Assembly (NCBI GenBank): GCA_947623735.1
Contig: CANQHE010000003.1
Coordinates: 1-57,424 of the forward strand
Direction of reading: 5' to 3'
Length of the DNA stretch: 57,424 bases
From: an uncultured Bacilli bacterium
Lineage (GTDB): Bacteria; Bacillota_I; Bacilli_A; RF39; UBA660
Within the stretch, counting starts at the first letter, position 1. Every line of letters begins with the position of its first letter. The notes under the pieces are model-generated. The model made no database searches. It had not been told where the DNA came from and saw nothing but the letters and a program-made list of their open reading frames with translations. Of the stretch, positions 9,018-16,644 are shown in pieces. Both the position numbers and the translations under genes were made by a program.

Positions 9018-9049
9018 GCGTGTAAAATTAGTGTAAACAATGAAAAAAA

Positions 9050-9134
9050 CAGATTTAACTAAATCTGCTAAACAAAACATATAAATCTGCTTAGCAGAAA
9101 TAATATAATCTGTTAGCCAATTTATCAAAATCTG
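9050..9134 (+). repeat. Iteron-like array: four direct AATCTG copies at 22-23 bp spacing plus one inverted copy
   Basis: ATCTG starts at 9063, 9085, 9108 and 9130. The inverted copy CAGATTT is at 9050-9056. The second copy lies in the palindrome TCTGCT-T-AGCAGA. Confidence 0.7.
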
Positions 9135-9138
9135 TAAT

Positions 9139-9167
9139 TTTACAAAATATTTTTTATGTGTTAAATT
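9139..9167 (+). promoter_or_regulatory. Candidate sigma-A promoter with extended -10 for the small peptide gene
   Basis: TTTACA, a 17-nt spacer ending in TGt, then TAAATT. Confidence 0.4.
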
Positions 9168-9236
9168 GAGTTTGCGAGGCGCACTTTAGGGGGTCTTGGT
9201 GTTTGCCACCAACTTTAAAACAAGGAGGTGGTCAGT

Positions 9237-9305
9237 ATGACTAAGAAAGATTTTTTAATTTTTCTTCTCATAGCGATAATTATTTTACAAATTATTTATA
9301 AATAA
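9237..9305 (+). CDS. 22-aa hydrophobic peptide (MTKKDFLIFLLIAIIILQIIYK), candidate type I toxin
   Basis: It is not in the ORF track because it is too short. The strong SD AAGGAGGTGG lies 5-6 nt upstream. The peptide has a charged N-terminus, a single TM helix and a terminal Lys, and is preceded by a GC-rich structured leader. Confidence 0.4.
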   Translation: MTKKDFLIFLLIAIIILQIIYK

Positions 9306-9315
9306 TTCGAAGAAT

Positions 9316-9383
9316 AAAAAAACGCACCACTTCTAAATAGTGGTGCAAACCAACTAATGGCAAGCACCATGAAGTGCTTCGCT
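9316..9383 (-). ncRNA. Candidate antisense sRNA of about 70 nt (putative antitoxin), convergent with the peptide gene
   Basis: The minus strand reads TTTACA-17-TATCAT (9418-9390), then the hairpin AAGCAC/GTGCTT (9362-9379), then the perfect 8-bp hairpin GCACCACT/AGTGGTGC (9324-9346) followed by T7. The 5' end is only predicted. Confidence 0.3.
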
Positions 9384-9415
9384 AATATTATGATAATATA
9401 AAATTATATAAATGT

Positions 9416-9442
9416 AAAGAAAAAATTACCAAAATAGGTAAT
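9416..9442 (-). terminator. Rho-independent terminator of the ferredoxin gene (possibly bidirectional)
   Basis: On the minus strand the hairpin ATTACC-TATTTT-GGTAAT is followed by TTTTTTC, about 40 nt after the stop codon. Confidence 0.6.
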
Positions 9443-9481
9443 CTTTTCAAATGTAAACAAATGTAAACTAAAAGCCTAACT

Positions 9482-9760
9482 TTACTCTTCAGCTTCTTTA
9501 TGATTGCAGCAGCATTCACACTCACCACAACACTCATCATTATCTTCGCTATCTGTTTCCTCTTCGCCATCTACTTCTTTAATACTTATTGCACTAGTAG
9601 GGCAAGAATCAATCGCATTACTAAGATCTGAACTTTCTAAATTCTCAGCACTTATTGGGTGTGATAAACCTTCATCATTAAAAGCAAAATGTTCTGAATC
9701 TATGGCCACACAAGCCCCACATCCAATACATGCTTCCTTATTAACAACAATTTTTTTCAT
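9482..9760 (-). CDS. Single-cluster [4Fe-4S] ferredoxin with acidic Cys-rich C-terminal extension
   Basis: 92 aa. It has CIGCGAC...CP cluster ligands like B. subtilis Fer, and the SD GAAAGGATG. The C-terminal 30 aa contain CCGECECCC. Confidence 0.85.
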   Translation of the reverse strand: MKKIVVNKEACIGCGACVAIDSEHFAFNDEGLSHPISAENLESSDLSNAIDSCPTSAISIKEVDGEEETDSEDNDECCGECECCCNHKEAEE

Positions 9761-9871
9761 TTAATTCATCCTTTCAAAAACAATTATAACAAAACTTTTT
9801 TAAATTGCCAACATAAAGACTTTTAAAACTAAAAAAAATATGATATCATTAATATGAAGGATTGTGGTAAG

Positions 9872-10837
9872 ATGAAAACACGAATGGAAAAGTACTATGA
9901 AGATGAAACCTCAAATGCTCCCTTAAGACAACACAAAAATGAGAGCCTATACGAAAATATCAATAATTATGAAATCAAAGATTATAAATTAGAAAACAAT
10001 GCCACAGTAATAGATAATAATGCTCAAGATATCGATGTCGAAAGAATAAAAAGAATATTAGATACTAGATATAATAAAGAACCAAAACGTCAAAGCATCA
10101 CTCTTGAACCACCTAAAGAGGAAGAAATTCCTATAAATCTTGAGGAAACAAGAGAATATGATATAAATGCCATTTTAGAAAAAGCTCGTAGTGAAAAAGA
10201 AGTAGACTACGAAAAAGAACGTTTAAAAAAGATTCGTGATACCCAATATGATATTCTAAATAGTCTAGATTTATCCAATAATTCCAAAGACGAAGAAGAA
10301 AATGAACCTGAAAAAGATAAACCAAATATGCCCGTTAAAGAATTAACTTCTAAAGGTAGCGACGATCATGAACTAATAAATTTAATTAATACTATTACTA
10401 TGCGAGAGCAAGGAACTAAGCCTCATGACAATGTTGATCCTCTAGATATACTGACGGATTTAAAAGGTAGCGATGATACAGTTGTCGTCGGTGGTATGGC
10501 AGAAGAAGAAAGTATCAGTGAGACTTCGCCAATTATGTCTTTAGAAGAAGCCGAACTAGAAGCCGCCAAAATGAAATCAATAAAAGAAGAAACTTCAAAA
10601 GTCGAACCAACTAAAACGCTAGAATTACCTGAAGAAAAAGTCGATGAAGATAAAACCGCTAGTCTAACTAGTACTCTTGCTTTTACCCAAAGTGATTTTG
10701 ATGACTTTAATGACTTAAAAAAAGAAGTTAAATCCAGTCGAGCTTTAATCTATGTTGTAATAATTCTTGTAAGTTTAATTTTAATCGCTGGTTTAGTTAT
10801 ATTCTTAAATAAATTTTTAAATATTGGTCTATTCTAG
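9872..10837 (+). CDS. Acidic, low-complexity protein with a single C-terminal TM anchor; unknown function
   Basis: The long ORF is E/D/K-rich and has the terminal helix ALIYVVIILVSLILIAGLVIFL. The start is ambiguous: ATG occurs at 9854, 9872 and 9884, and 9872 has the best SD spacing. Confidence 0.6.
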   Translation: MKTRMEKYYEDETSNAPLRQHKNESLYENINNYEIKDYKLENNATVIDNNAQDIDVERIKRILDTRYNKEPKRQSITLEPPKEEEIPINLEETREYDINAILEKARSEKEVDYEKERLKKIRDTQYDILNSLDLSNNSKDEEENEPEKDKPNMPVKELTSKGSDDHELINLINTITMREQGTKPHDNVDPLDILTDLKGSDDTVVVGGMAEEESISETSPIMSLEEAELEAAKMKSIKEETSKVEPTKTLELPEEKVDEDKTASLTSTLAFTQSDFDDFNDLKKEVKSSRALIYVVIILVSLILIAGLVIFLNKFLNIGLF

Positions 10838-10852
10838 TGCATATACTAGAAT

Positions 10853-11605
10853 ATGAAAACTAAATTTAAAAGTAAAAAAACTAAGTTTAAATATAATAAA
10901 AAAATATCTCTAAGTAAGATTCCTTTAACAATTATTTTAATTATTATATTTACTCTTTTTTTATTAATTAAATTTAATCAAAAGATGAATCAAAATCTTA
11001 TAAATATTAGTGAACTAGAACTAAAAAGAGCTACATCTAATCTAATAAACACTAAAATAACCCATGATATTTTAAATAAAGATACTCTAAATAACATTTT
11101 AATTATTAATAAAAACTCTAAAGGAGAAATTTTATACGTTGATTTTAATCTCGATAATGCTTACCAAACTTTAGATAATATTACCAATATTTTAATGAAT
11201 GCTATTAAAGAAATGCAAAATGGCACAATTTCTCTTGCTTATTTTAATGCCTCCTTAAGCGACAAAACAAAAGGATTAGTTTTAAATATTCCTTTAGGTA
11301 GTACTCTAAATAGTGCTTACTTTTACAATTTTGGCCCTAAAATACCCACTAAAATAAATTTTATTGAAAACATTTTGACTAATCTTGAAACTAAAGTAAC
11401 GAACTATGGCTTTAATAATGCTTTAGTAGAAGTCTATGTTGATATTAAATTAACTAGTGATATTATTGCTCCCTTTAAAACCAAAACAATTGATTTAGAA
11501 TATAAAACTATTATTTCCAGTTTAATGATTGAAGGGGAAGTACCTGATTTTTATAATGGTGTTATTGAAAAAGCAAGTGCTACTTATTCTAATAATTTAT
11601 CATAA
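10853..11605 (+). CDS. yunB: Sporulation protein YunB
   Basis: 250 aa with an N-terminal TM. It is colinear with B. subtilis YunB as remembered: NIPLGS...GPKIP..INFI, YGFNNALVEVYVDIK, and a C-terminal GEVPDFYNG. Confidence 0.78.
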   Translation: MKTKFKSKKTKFKYNKKISLSKIPLTIILIIIFTLFLLIKFNQKMNQNLINISELELKRATSNLINTKITHDILNKDTLNNILIINKNSKGEILYVDFNLDNAYQTLDNITNILMNAIKEMQNGTISLAYFNASLSDKTKGLVLNIPLGSTLNSAYFYNFGPKIPTKINFIENILTNLETKVTNYGFNNALVEVYVDIKLTSDIIAPFKTKTIDLEYKTIISSLMIEGEVPDFYNGVIEKASATYSNNLS

Positions 11606-11663
11606 TTTTATTTTTAATTTTCACTTATTTATGTTATAATTTATATAGAGTAGGAAGTATATT

Positions 11664-12392
11664 ATGAGTAAAAGAAAAAAAAGAAATTCTAACAAGCCAT
11701 TTATAGTTTTTATAATTTTAACAATTATATCTCTTGCTATATATTATGAAGATGATATCAAAAAATTTTTAGTTGAAAAAACTCCTTTATTTAAAACATC
11801 TTATGCTCTTGAAAATGTTCCCGCCTATAGTGGTAAACCTTATGTCTATATTAATGATAATAATCCCAATTTTACTGAAAGTGATTATAATCCCAAATCT
11901 TTAGAAATTTATAGTGACCTAGATATTTTAAATAGGGCCGGAGTTGCTTTTGCTAAAATTGGTACCGAAACAATGCCTACAACCAAAAGAGAAAGTATTG
12001 GCATGATTAAACCCAGCGGCTGGCACACAGTAAAATATGATTTTGTTGATGGCAAATATTTATATAATCGTTGTCATTTAATAGGTTATCAATTAACTGG
12101 CGAAAATGCAAATGAAAAAAATCTTATCACTTGTACTCGTAGTACCAACACTGGTGCAATGTTAGAATTTGAAAATAAAGTGGCTGATTATGTTAAAGAA
12201 ACTAATAATCATGTTTTATATCGCGTAACACCTATTTATATTGGTAGTAATTTACTTGCAAGTGGTATCGAAATGGAAGCTTTATCTGTAGAAGATAAGG
12301 GAAAGGGGATAAAATTCCACGTCTATGTCTATAATGTCGAAGATGGTGTGGAAATAAATTATTCTACTGGTGAAAGCAAAGCTAGTAGTTAA
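11664..12392 (+). CDS. Membrane-anchored secreted DNA/RNA non-specific endonuclease (Endonuclease_NS_2 / DNA-entry nuclease-like)
   Basis: 242 aa with an N-terminal TM. The motif NRCHLIGYQLTGENANEKNLITCTRSTN is characteristic of this nuclease family. Confidence 0.72.
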   Translation: MSKRKKRNSNKPFIVFIILTIISLAIYYEDDIKKFLVEKTPLFKTSYALENVPAYSGKPYVYINDNNPNFTESDYNPKSLEIYSDLDILNRAGVAFAKIGTETMPTTKRESIGMIKPSGWHTVKYDFVDGKYLYNRCHLIGYQLTGENANEKNLITCTRSTNTGAMLEFENKVADYVKETNNHVLYRVTPIYIGSNLLASGIEMEALSVEDKGKGIKFHVYVYNVEDGVEINYSTGESKASS

Positions 12393-12427
12393 ATTAATTC
12401 TAATATTAATAATATCTCTAAAAAATA

Positions 12428-12456
12428 TTGACTTTAAAACTTTATTTTGATATATT
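12428..12456 (+). promoter_or_regulatory. Sigma-A promoter of tRNA-Met
   Basis: TTGACT-17-TATATT, ending 12 nt upstream of the tRNA 5' end. Confidence 0.55.
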
Positions 12457-12468
12457 ATTAATGCACTT

Positions 12469-12545
12469 GGCGATGTAGCTCAGCTGGCTAGAGCGACCGG
12501 TTCATACCCGGTAGGTCGGGGGTTCGATCCCCTCCGTCGCTACCA
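12469..12545 (+). tRNA. tRNA-Met (anticodon CAT), elongator type, CCA encoded
   Basis: I folded the cloverleaf manually. The acceptor is GGCGATG/CGTCGCT, the D arm is GCTC..GAGC, the anticodon arm is ACCGG-TTCATAC-CCGGT, and the T arm is GGGGG-TTCGATC-CCCTC. It is nearly identical to B. subtilis elongator tRNA-Met as remembered. It lacks the initiator hallmarks (three G-C pairs in the anticodon stem, C1-A72 mismatch). A lysidine-modified tRNA-Ile2 cannot be formally excluded. Confidence 0.93.
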
Positions 12546-12559
12546 ATAAGTTTTTTTCT

Positions 12560-12583
12560 CTTCAGTAAATTCTGAAGTTTTTA
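12560..12583 (+). terminator. Rho-independent terminator after tRNA-Met
   Basis: CTTCAG-TAAATT-CTGAAG followed by a T-run. Confidence 0.65.
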
Positions 12584-12628
12584 TTTTAATAAAAGTATTA
12601 ATAATCTAAAAAGGGAGGCCTATTTTAA

Positions 12629-13300
12629 ATGTTAAAAGAACTAAAAAATATAAAAATAGAATATGTCTTACTAGCATTAATAATTATTTTACTGCTCTTT
12701 TTACTATTCATTTATAGTGTTCCTAAATTCGAAGAAAAAAATATAATATCCAAAAATTATCCTTCCACAAATTATGAAATCTATCAAGAATCTGTTTATC
12801 CCGTCGAAGCATTTAATACGAAAGTTTATACCGAACTTATTCCAGAAGGGGATGCTGCTCGTCCTGGCACTAAAAGAGTCATAAAATATTTAGTTATTCA
12901 TGAAACAGATAATTTTAGTGAAGGTGTCCGTGCCTCTAATCATGCTTCTTATTTAAAAAACAACAATAATTCTGAAACCTCATGGCATTACACGGTTGAT
13001 GATACGGAAATATATCATCATATGCCTGATGATGAAGTTGCTTACCATGCCGGCGAACATAAAGGTAATGAATTTGGTATCGGAATCGAATTATGTGTTA
13101 ATTCCGATGGTGATTTTGAAAAAACATTTATCAATGCGGCTAAACTATGTGCTTATCTAATAAAATCTTACCATTTAGATATTGATGCTATCAAAACCCA
13201 TCATGATTTTAATGGTAAAGATTGTCCTCATAAAATTCTTGCGAGTAATCGTTTAGATGAATTTAAAGATTTAGTCGCCTCTTATCTTAAAGTATCTTAA
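12629..13300 (+). CDS. Membrane-anchored N-acetylmuramoyl-L-alanine amidase (Amidase_2/PGRP fold, CwlA-like)
   Basis: 223 aa with an N-terminal TM. It has the zinc-ligand pattern HET.N...SWHY.VDD...AYHAG...GIE.C...THHD..GK.CPH. Confidence 0.85.
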   Translation: MLKELKNIKIEYVLLALIIILLLFLLFIYSVPKFEEKNIISKNYPSTNYEIYQESVYPVEAFNTKVYTELIPEGDAARPGTKRVIKYLVIHETDNFSEGVRASNHASYLKNNNNSETSWHYTVDDTEIYHHMPDDEVAYHAGEHKGNEFGIGIELCVNSDGDFEKTFINAAKLCAYLIKSYHLDIDAIKTHHDFNGKDCPHKILASNRLDEFKDLVASYLKVS

Positions 13301-13311
13301 ATAACATCATG

Positions 13312-13340
13312 AAAAAACCTCTAAAATAGAGGCTCTTTTT
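13312..13340. terminator. Bidirectional terminator between the amidase gene and the cotY/Z-like gene
   Basis: The hairpin CCTCTA-AAA-TAGAGG is flanked by an A-run upstream and a T-rich run downstream. Confidence 0.6.
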
Positions 13341-13343
13341 AAT

Positions 13344-13793
13344 TTAACAAACACAATCTACGTAAGTATCACTTAAACATCTAATCGCACATAAGCAATC
13401 ACAATCCATTGTAAAGAAAGAATTAGTCGCAATATAAGGATTTAAACTAGTTGTATCTGGATTATCGGCAAGTACTCTAAAAGTACAGCAATTTCCTTCA
13501 ATTTTTTCTACTCTAAAAATAGTTGAACACTCTGTCGTAGCTCCCGTACAAGTTACAGTTGAATCTTTTACTGTTGGCATACTCCAAGGAGTTCCATTAC
13601 CACTACAAGTATAAAGCATTACCGGTCTTGTATTACAAATAAGGCAATTAGGGCCACCACCTAAAACTGGTCTATCACAAGCATCTAAACAAGTTTCGGG
13701 ACATGCATTTTGTTGCAAAACTAAAATAACACTTAAAATTTCATTAATACAATTTCCAGATGTCGTATTATCATTATTATTCATATTATTCAC
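13344..13793 (-). CDS. CotY/CotZ-family spore coat (crust/exosporium) protein
   Basis: 149 aa and Cys-rich. It is colinear with B. subtilis CotZ/CotY as remembered: DTRP-like RPV..Y, FRVEKIEGNCCTFRVL, and DCDCLCAIRCL. Confidence 0.8.
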   Translation of the reverse strand: MNNMNNNDNTTSGNCINEILSVILVLQQNACPETCLDACDRPVLGGGPNCLICNTRPVMLYTCSGNGTPWSMPTVKDSTVTCTGATTECSTIFRVEKIEGNCCTFRVLADNPDTTSLNPYIATNSFFTMDCDCLCAIRCLSDTYVDCVC

Positions 13794-13814
13794 CCTTTCA
13801 TATATTCTTCACTA

Positions 13815-13841
13815 ATAATTTATGTCAAATATTTAAAATAG
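13815..13841 (-). promoter_or_regulatory. Candidate sigma-K-type promoter of the cotY/Z-like gene
   Basis: The minus strand reads AC, 16 nt, then CATAAATTA. This fits the AC-16/17-CATAnnnTA consensus and lies about 20 nt upstream of the SD. Confidence 0.35.
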
Positions 13842-13912
13842 TGCTTTAATATAAATCTTTTTTTTTTAGTTTATTTATGATATAATTTAGATACCAAAGA
13901 GGGTGAAGTATT

Positions 13913-16615
13913 TTGCGAGAAGATTCCAAAGAAGATATAAATGCTTATAATTATAATCCTAATCGCCCTCAAGGCCATCCAAAGACTAGTAAAATCGCTG
14001 ATACAGCCGCCAGAGGAGTATCTGAATATGTTGCTCCGGGAGTAGGTGGCCAAGTTTATGATGCTGTAAAAAAAACCGCGTCTTCTCCTAAAAAAACTAA
14101 TGATGCTCCAAGTGCCCCAACAATAGATAATCCTAGCTCACCTTCAAATCCGATTGTAAATAATACTCCATCACCCAATCCAGTATTAAATCCTCAGTTA
14201 AAAGGGACTTTAAAAAGAAACAAAATATCTCAACCAACCAAAAAAGCCACTCCGGATCAAGATCAAAAATCCGATCCTTCTATAAGTAACGTCTTAAATA
14301 ATAATCATCCTCGTAATTTACCAAATTTTAATCCATTTCGTAAAAATAATAATTTTAATCATGATTTAGACGAAGAAGAACCTTTAAAGCAAGATGTTGA
14401 ACCTGAAGAACCAGAAGAAAAAATTGCTGATAATCCTGAACCCCTAGAAAGTAAACCAAAGTTAGCCCCAAATCCCGAACCAAACCAGACTAAAGATAAA
14501 GATACTCTAACTAAAACTATTTCTTTTGCTTTTAAACATAAATATTTGTTATTAATCGGGGGTATATTCTTTTTCTTCTTTATGTTTATTTTACTATTTA
14601 TAATTCTTTTTGGCGATACCACGGGAAGTTCACAAAAATTTGGTTTAAGTGGTTATGCCTATTATAAAGTAAACAATTTATGTTCTACCGTTAAAGTTTA
14701 TAATCCTAAAACTAATCAATACACTAAAGAATTAGATTTTGAAACAGAATACATCCCTGGTGTTGTTCAAGCTGAAGTCGGAGGTTTTAGCAATGCTCCC
14801 GAAGTTTTAAAACTATTTGCTATCGCCGCCCGTAGTTATGCTCTAAATAGATTAGATTCATCATGTACTATTGAAGGAAGTGCTAGAGTTCAAGCCTTTA
14901 CTTATAATGCCGATACTCTTGCTAAAGTAACTGATGCCACTCATCCTATAAGTATTGCGGCCCAAGAAACTTATGGACTTGTAGCCACTAAAAATGGTAA
15001 ATTAATGAGTACTTATTATGATGCTGCTTGTTATCGTGGTGAAGATGCTAATAATTATTACATCGGTTATGGTCGCCTTACTTTAGGTGAAGAAAAAAGA
15101 CAAGCAATTCCTAAATCTTGGCAAAATCGTGGATTCTTAGCCTACATGGGCCATGGAGATTGTTACATGGGTCATGGCTATGGTATTAGTCAATATGGGG
15201 CCTATTATTTAGCAACTGAACAAAATTATAGTATGGAAGATTTACTCAAATATTACAATGGTGATGTTGAGTTAAAATCTATATATGAAGGAATTAGTAC
15301 TAACTATACCTCACCAACTAGTGAAGGTACTAATAATATATTAACTACATCTTTAAGAGAATTTCTAAAAAGTAAGGGCACTAGTGTTGAAGCTTTAAAT
15401 GAATATATTTTAAATAACATCATTACCGCGGGGGTTGGCACTCGTGAAGCTGCGATCAGTGTTCCAGTCTCTTTAGTCGGAGGCTTATACGAAAATTATA
15501 AAGTTCGTTTACCATATACTTTAAGTGGTCAACATTATAGTAATATTCCTGATTACAATGGCAAAAATGTTAATAGACCCGGAGCTTCATTTTATGGTGC
15601 TGACCCCGCTTGGGGAACTGCCATAAGAAATAGTTCTGATAATTCTTATCATTATGGCTCATATAAATATTATAGATATGGTCCTGACTGTTCTGGTTTT
15701 GTAACTTGGATTTTACATAATGCTGGTTTTAATGCACCAATTCTCGGGGCCGATGCGATGGGTAATCTTGGCGAAAAGCATCAGTTAAATGGTACTCAAG
15801 TGGGTCAACCTGGAGATTTATTATGGCACTCTGGCCATATCATGTTTATTGTTGGAGTTGATCCTGAAGCCAAAGTTTATTATATTGCTCATGCATCAAG
15901 TGGTTCTCAGGGTGTAAAAATAAATGCGATATCATTTAATTCACCATCTAACTATGCGGTTGATATGACTAAGTGGTATAATGAGCATAAAATTGAAATG
16001 ACCAATGAAGAATTTATTGCTTCATATCGGGCTGGTTATGTCGATGGTTATACGGGATCTAATGATAAGATAAATATTGCTTCAAGTGATGATATTTACT
16101 TTGTTGGTGATTCTAGAACAGTTGGTTTATGTAATGCCATTTCTGTTTGTAGTTCCTCAAATACTTGTAATAACGCTGCTTGTAATGCCAAAGTAAGCAT
16201 GGGTTATAGTTGGCTTAAAGAACAAGTAAATACTATCAAAAATACTTCTAAAAAAATAATTGTTATTAATATGGGTGTAAATGATATCACCGGAAGCCCT
16301 TCTACAACAAGGTTAAATACTATCGCTTCTAATTATTATAATGAATATGTCAGTATTGCCAAAAGTAAACCAAATAAAACTATTTATTTCCTCTCTTTAA
16401 ATCCTGTTGATGACTCTAAAGATATCAGTGTATCAAATAAAAGTATTAATGAATTTAACAGTATAATGAAATCTAAAATAGAGGAAGGAAACATATCTAA
16501 TTTAAAATATTTAAATTCTAACAGTGCTATTACATATAAAGCAACCGATGGTCTTCATTATGATCGCGATACTTATAAAAGATTATATAGTTACATCATA
16601 AATAATGCTTCTTAA
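13913..16615 (+). CDS. Membrane-anchored multidomain cell-wall enzyme: Pro-rich linker, TM, SpoIID/LytB-like domain, NlpC/P60 endopeptidase, SGNH/GDSL hydrolase
   Basis: 900 aa with a TTG start after the SD GAGGGTGA. SpoIID-like motifs are EYIPGVVQAEV...AIAARSYAL and GHGYGISQYGA...LLKYYNG. NlpC/P60 motifs are the catalytic Cys in GPDCSGFV and His in WHSGHIMFIVG. SGNH blocks are FVGDSRT, NMGVNDI and DGLHY. Confidence 0.8.
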   Translation: MREDSKEDINAYNYNPNRPQGHPKTSKIADTAARGVSEYVAPGVGGQVYDAVKKTASSPKKTNDAPSAPTIDNPSSPSNPIVNNTPSPNPVLNPQLKGTLKRNKISQPTKKATPDQDQKSDPSISNVLNNNHPRNLPNFNPFRKNNNFNHDLDEEEPLKQDVEPEEPEEKIADNPEPLESKPKLAPNPEPNQTKDKDTLTKTISFAFKHKYLLLIGGIFFFFFMFILLFIILFGDTTGSSQKFGLSGYAYYKVNNLCSTVKVYNPKTNQYTKELDFETEYIPGVVQAEVGGFSNAPEVLKLFAIAARSYALNRLDSSCTIEGSARVQAFTYNADTLAKVTDATHPISIAAQETYGLVATKNGKLMSTYYDAACYRGEDANNYYIGYGRLTLGEEKRQAIPKSWQNRGFLAYMGHGDCYMGHGYGISQYGAYYLATEQNYSMEDLLKYYNGDVELKSIYEGISTNYTSPTSEGTNNILTTSLREFLKSKGTSVEALNEYILNNIITAGVGTREAAISVPVSLVGGLYENYKVRLPYTLSGQHYSNIPDYNGKNVNRPGASFYGADPAWGTAIRNSSDNSYHYGSYKYYRYGPDCSGFVTWILHNAGFNAPILGADAMGNLGEKHQLNGTQVGQPGDLLWHSGHIMFIVGVDPEAKVYYIAHASSGSQGVKINAISFNSPSNYAVDMTKWYNEHKIEMTNEEFIASYRAGYVDGYTGSNDKINIASSDDIYFVGDSRTVGLCNAISVCSSSNTCNNAACNAKVSMGYSWLKEQVNTIKNTSKKIIVINMGVNDITGSPSTTRLNTIASNYYNEYVSIAKSKPNKTIYFLSLNPVDDSKDISVSNKSINEFNSIMKSKIEEGNISNLKYLNSNSAITYKATDGLHYDRDTYKRLYSYIINNAS

Positions 16616-16644
16616 AGAATTATAAAATAATAGAAAGGGTTAAT

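Noticed and set aside
9041-9085. A 14-codon ORF (MKKTDLTKSAKQNI) inside the AATCTG repeat array.
   Set aside because: It has no SD and is hydrophilic and very short. The sequence is better explained by the DNA repeats themselves.
9388-9764. ORFs 9388-9570(-) and 9504-9764(+), overlapping the ferredoxin gene.
   Set aside because: The 92-aa ferredoxin frame has the cluster-binding motifs and an SD. The alternative frames are Ser/Leu-rich translations of the same DNA with no start context.
12393-13343. tRNA-Met as an integration site for a genomic island (the amidase and coat genes downstream).
   Set aside because: There is no integrase and no duplicated tRNA 3' end (att-like repeat) downstream. 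The neighbouring genes are ordinary sporulation and cell-wall genes.
10131-14622. Small antisense ORFs 10131-10325(-), 13871-14053(-) and 14359-14622(-).
   Set aside because: They are nested opposite longer, better-supported ORFs, and have neither ribosome-binding sites nor motifs.
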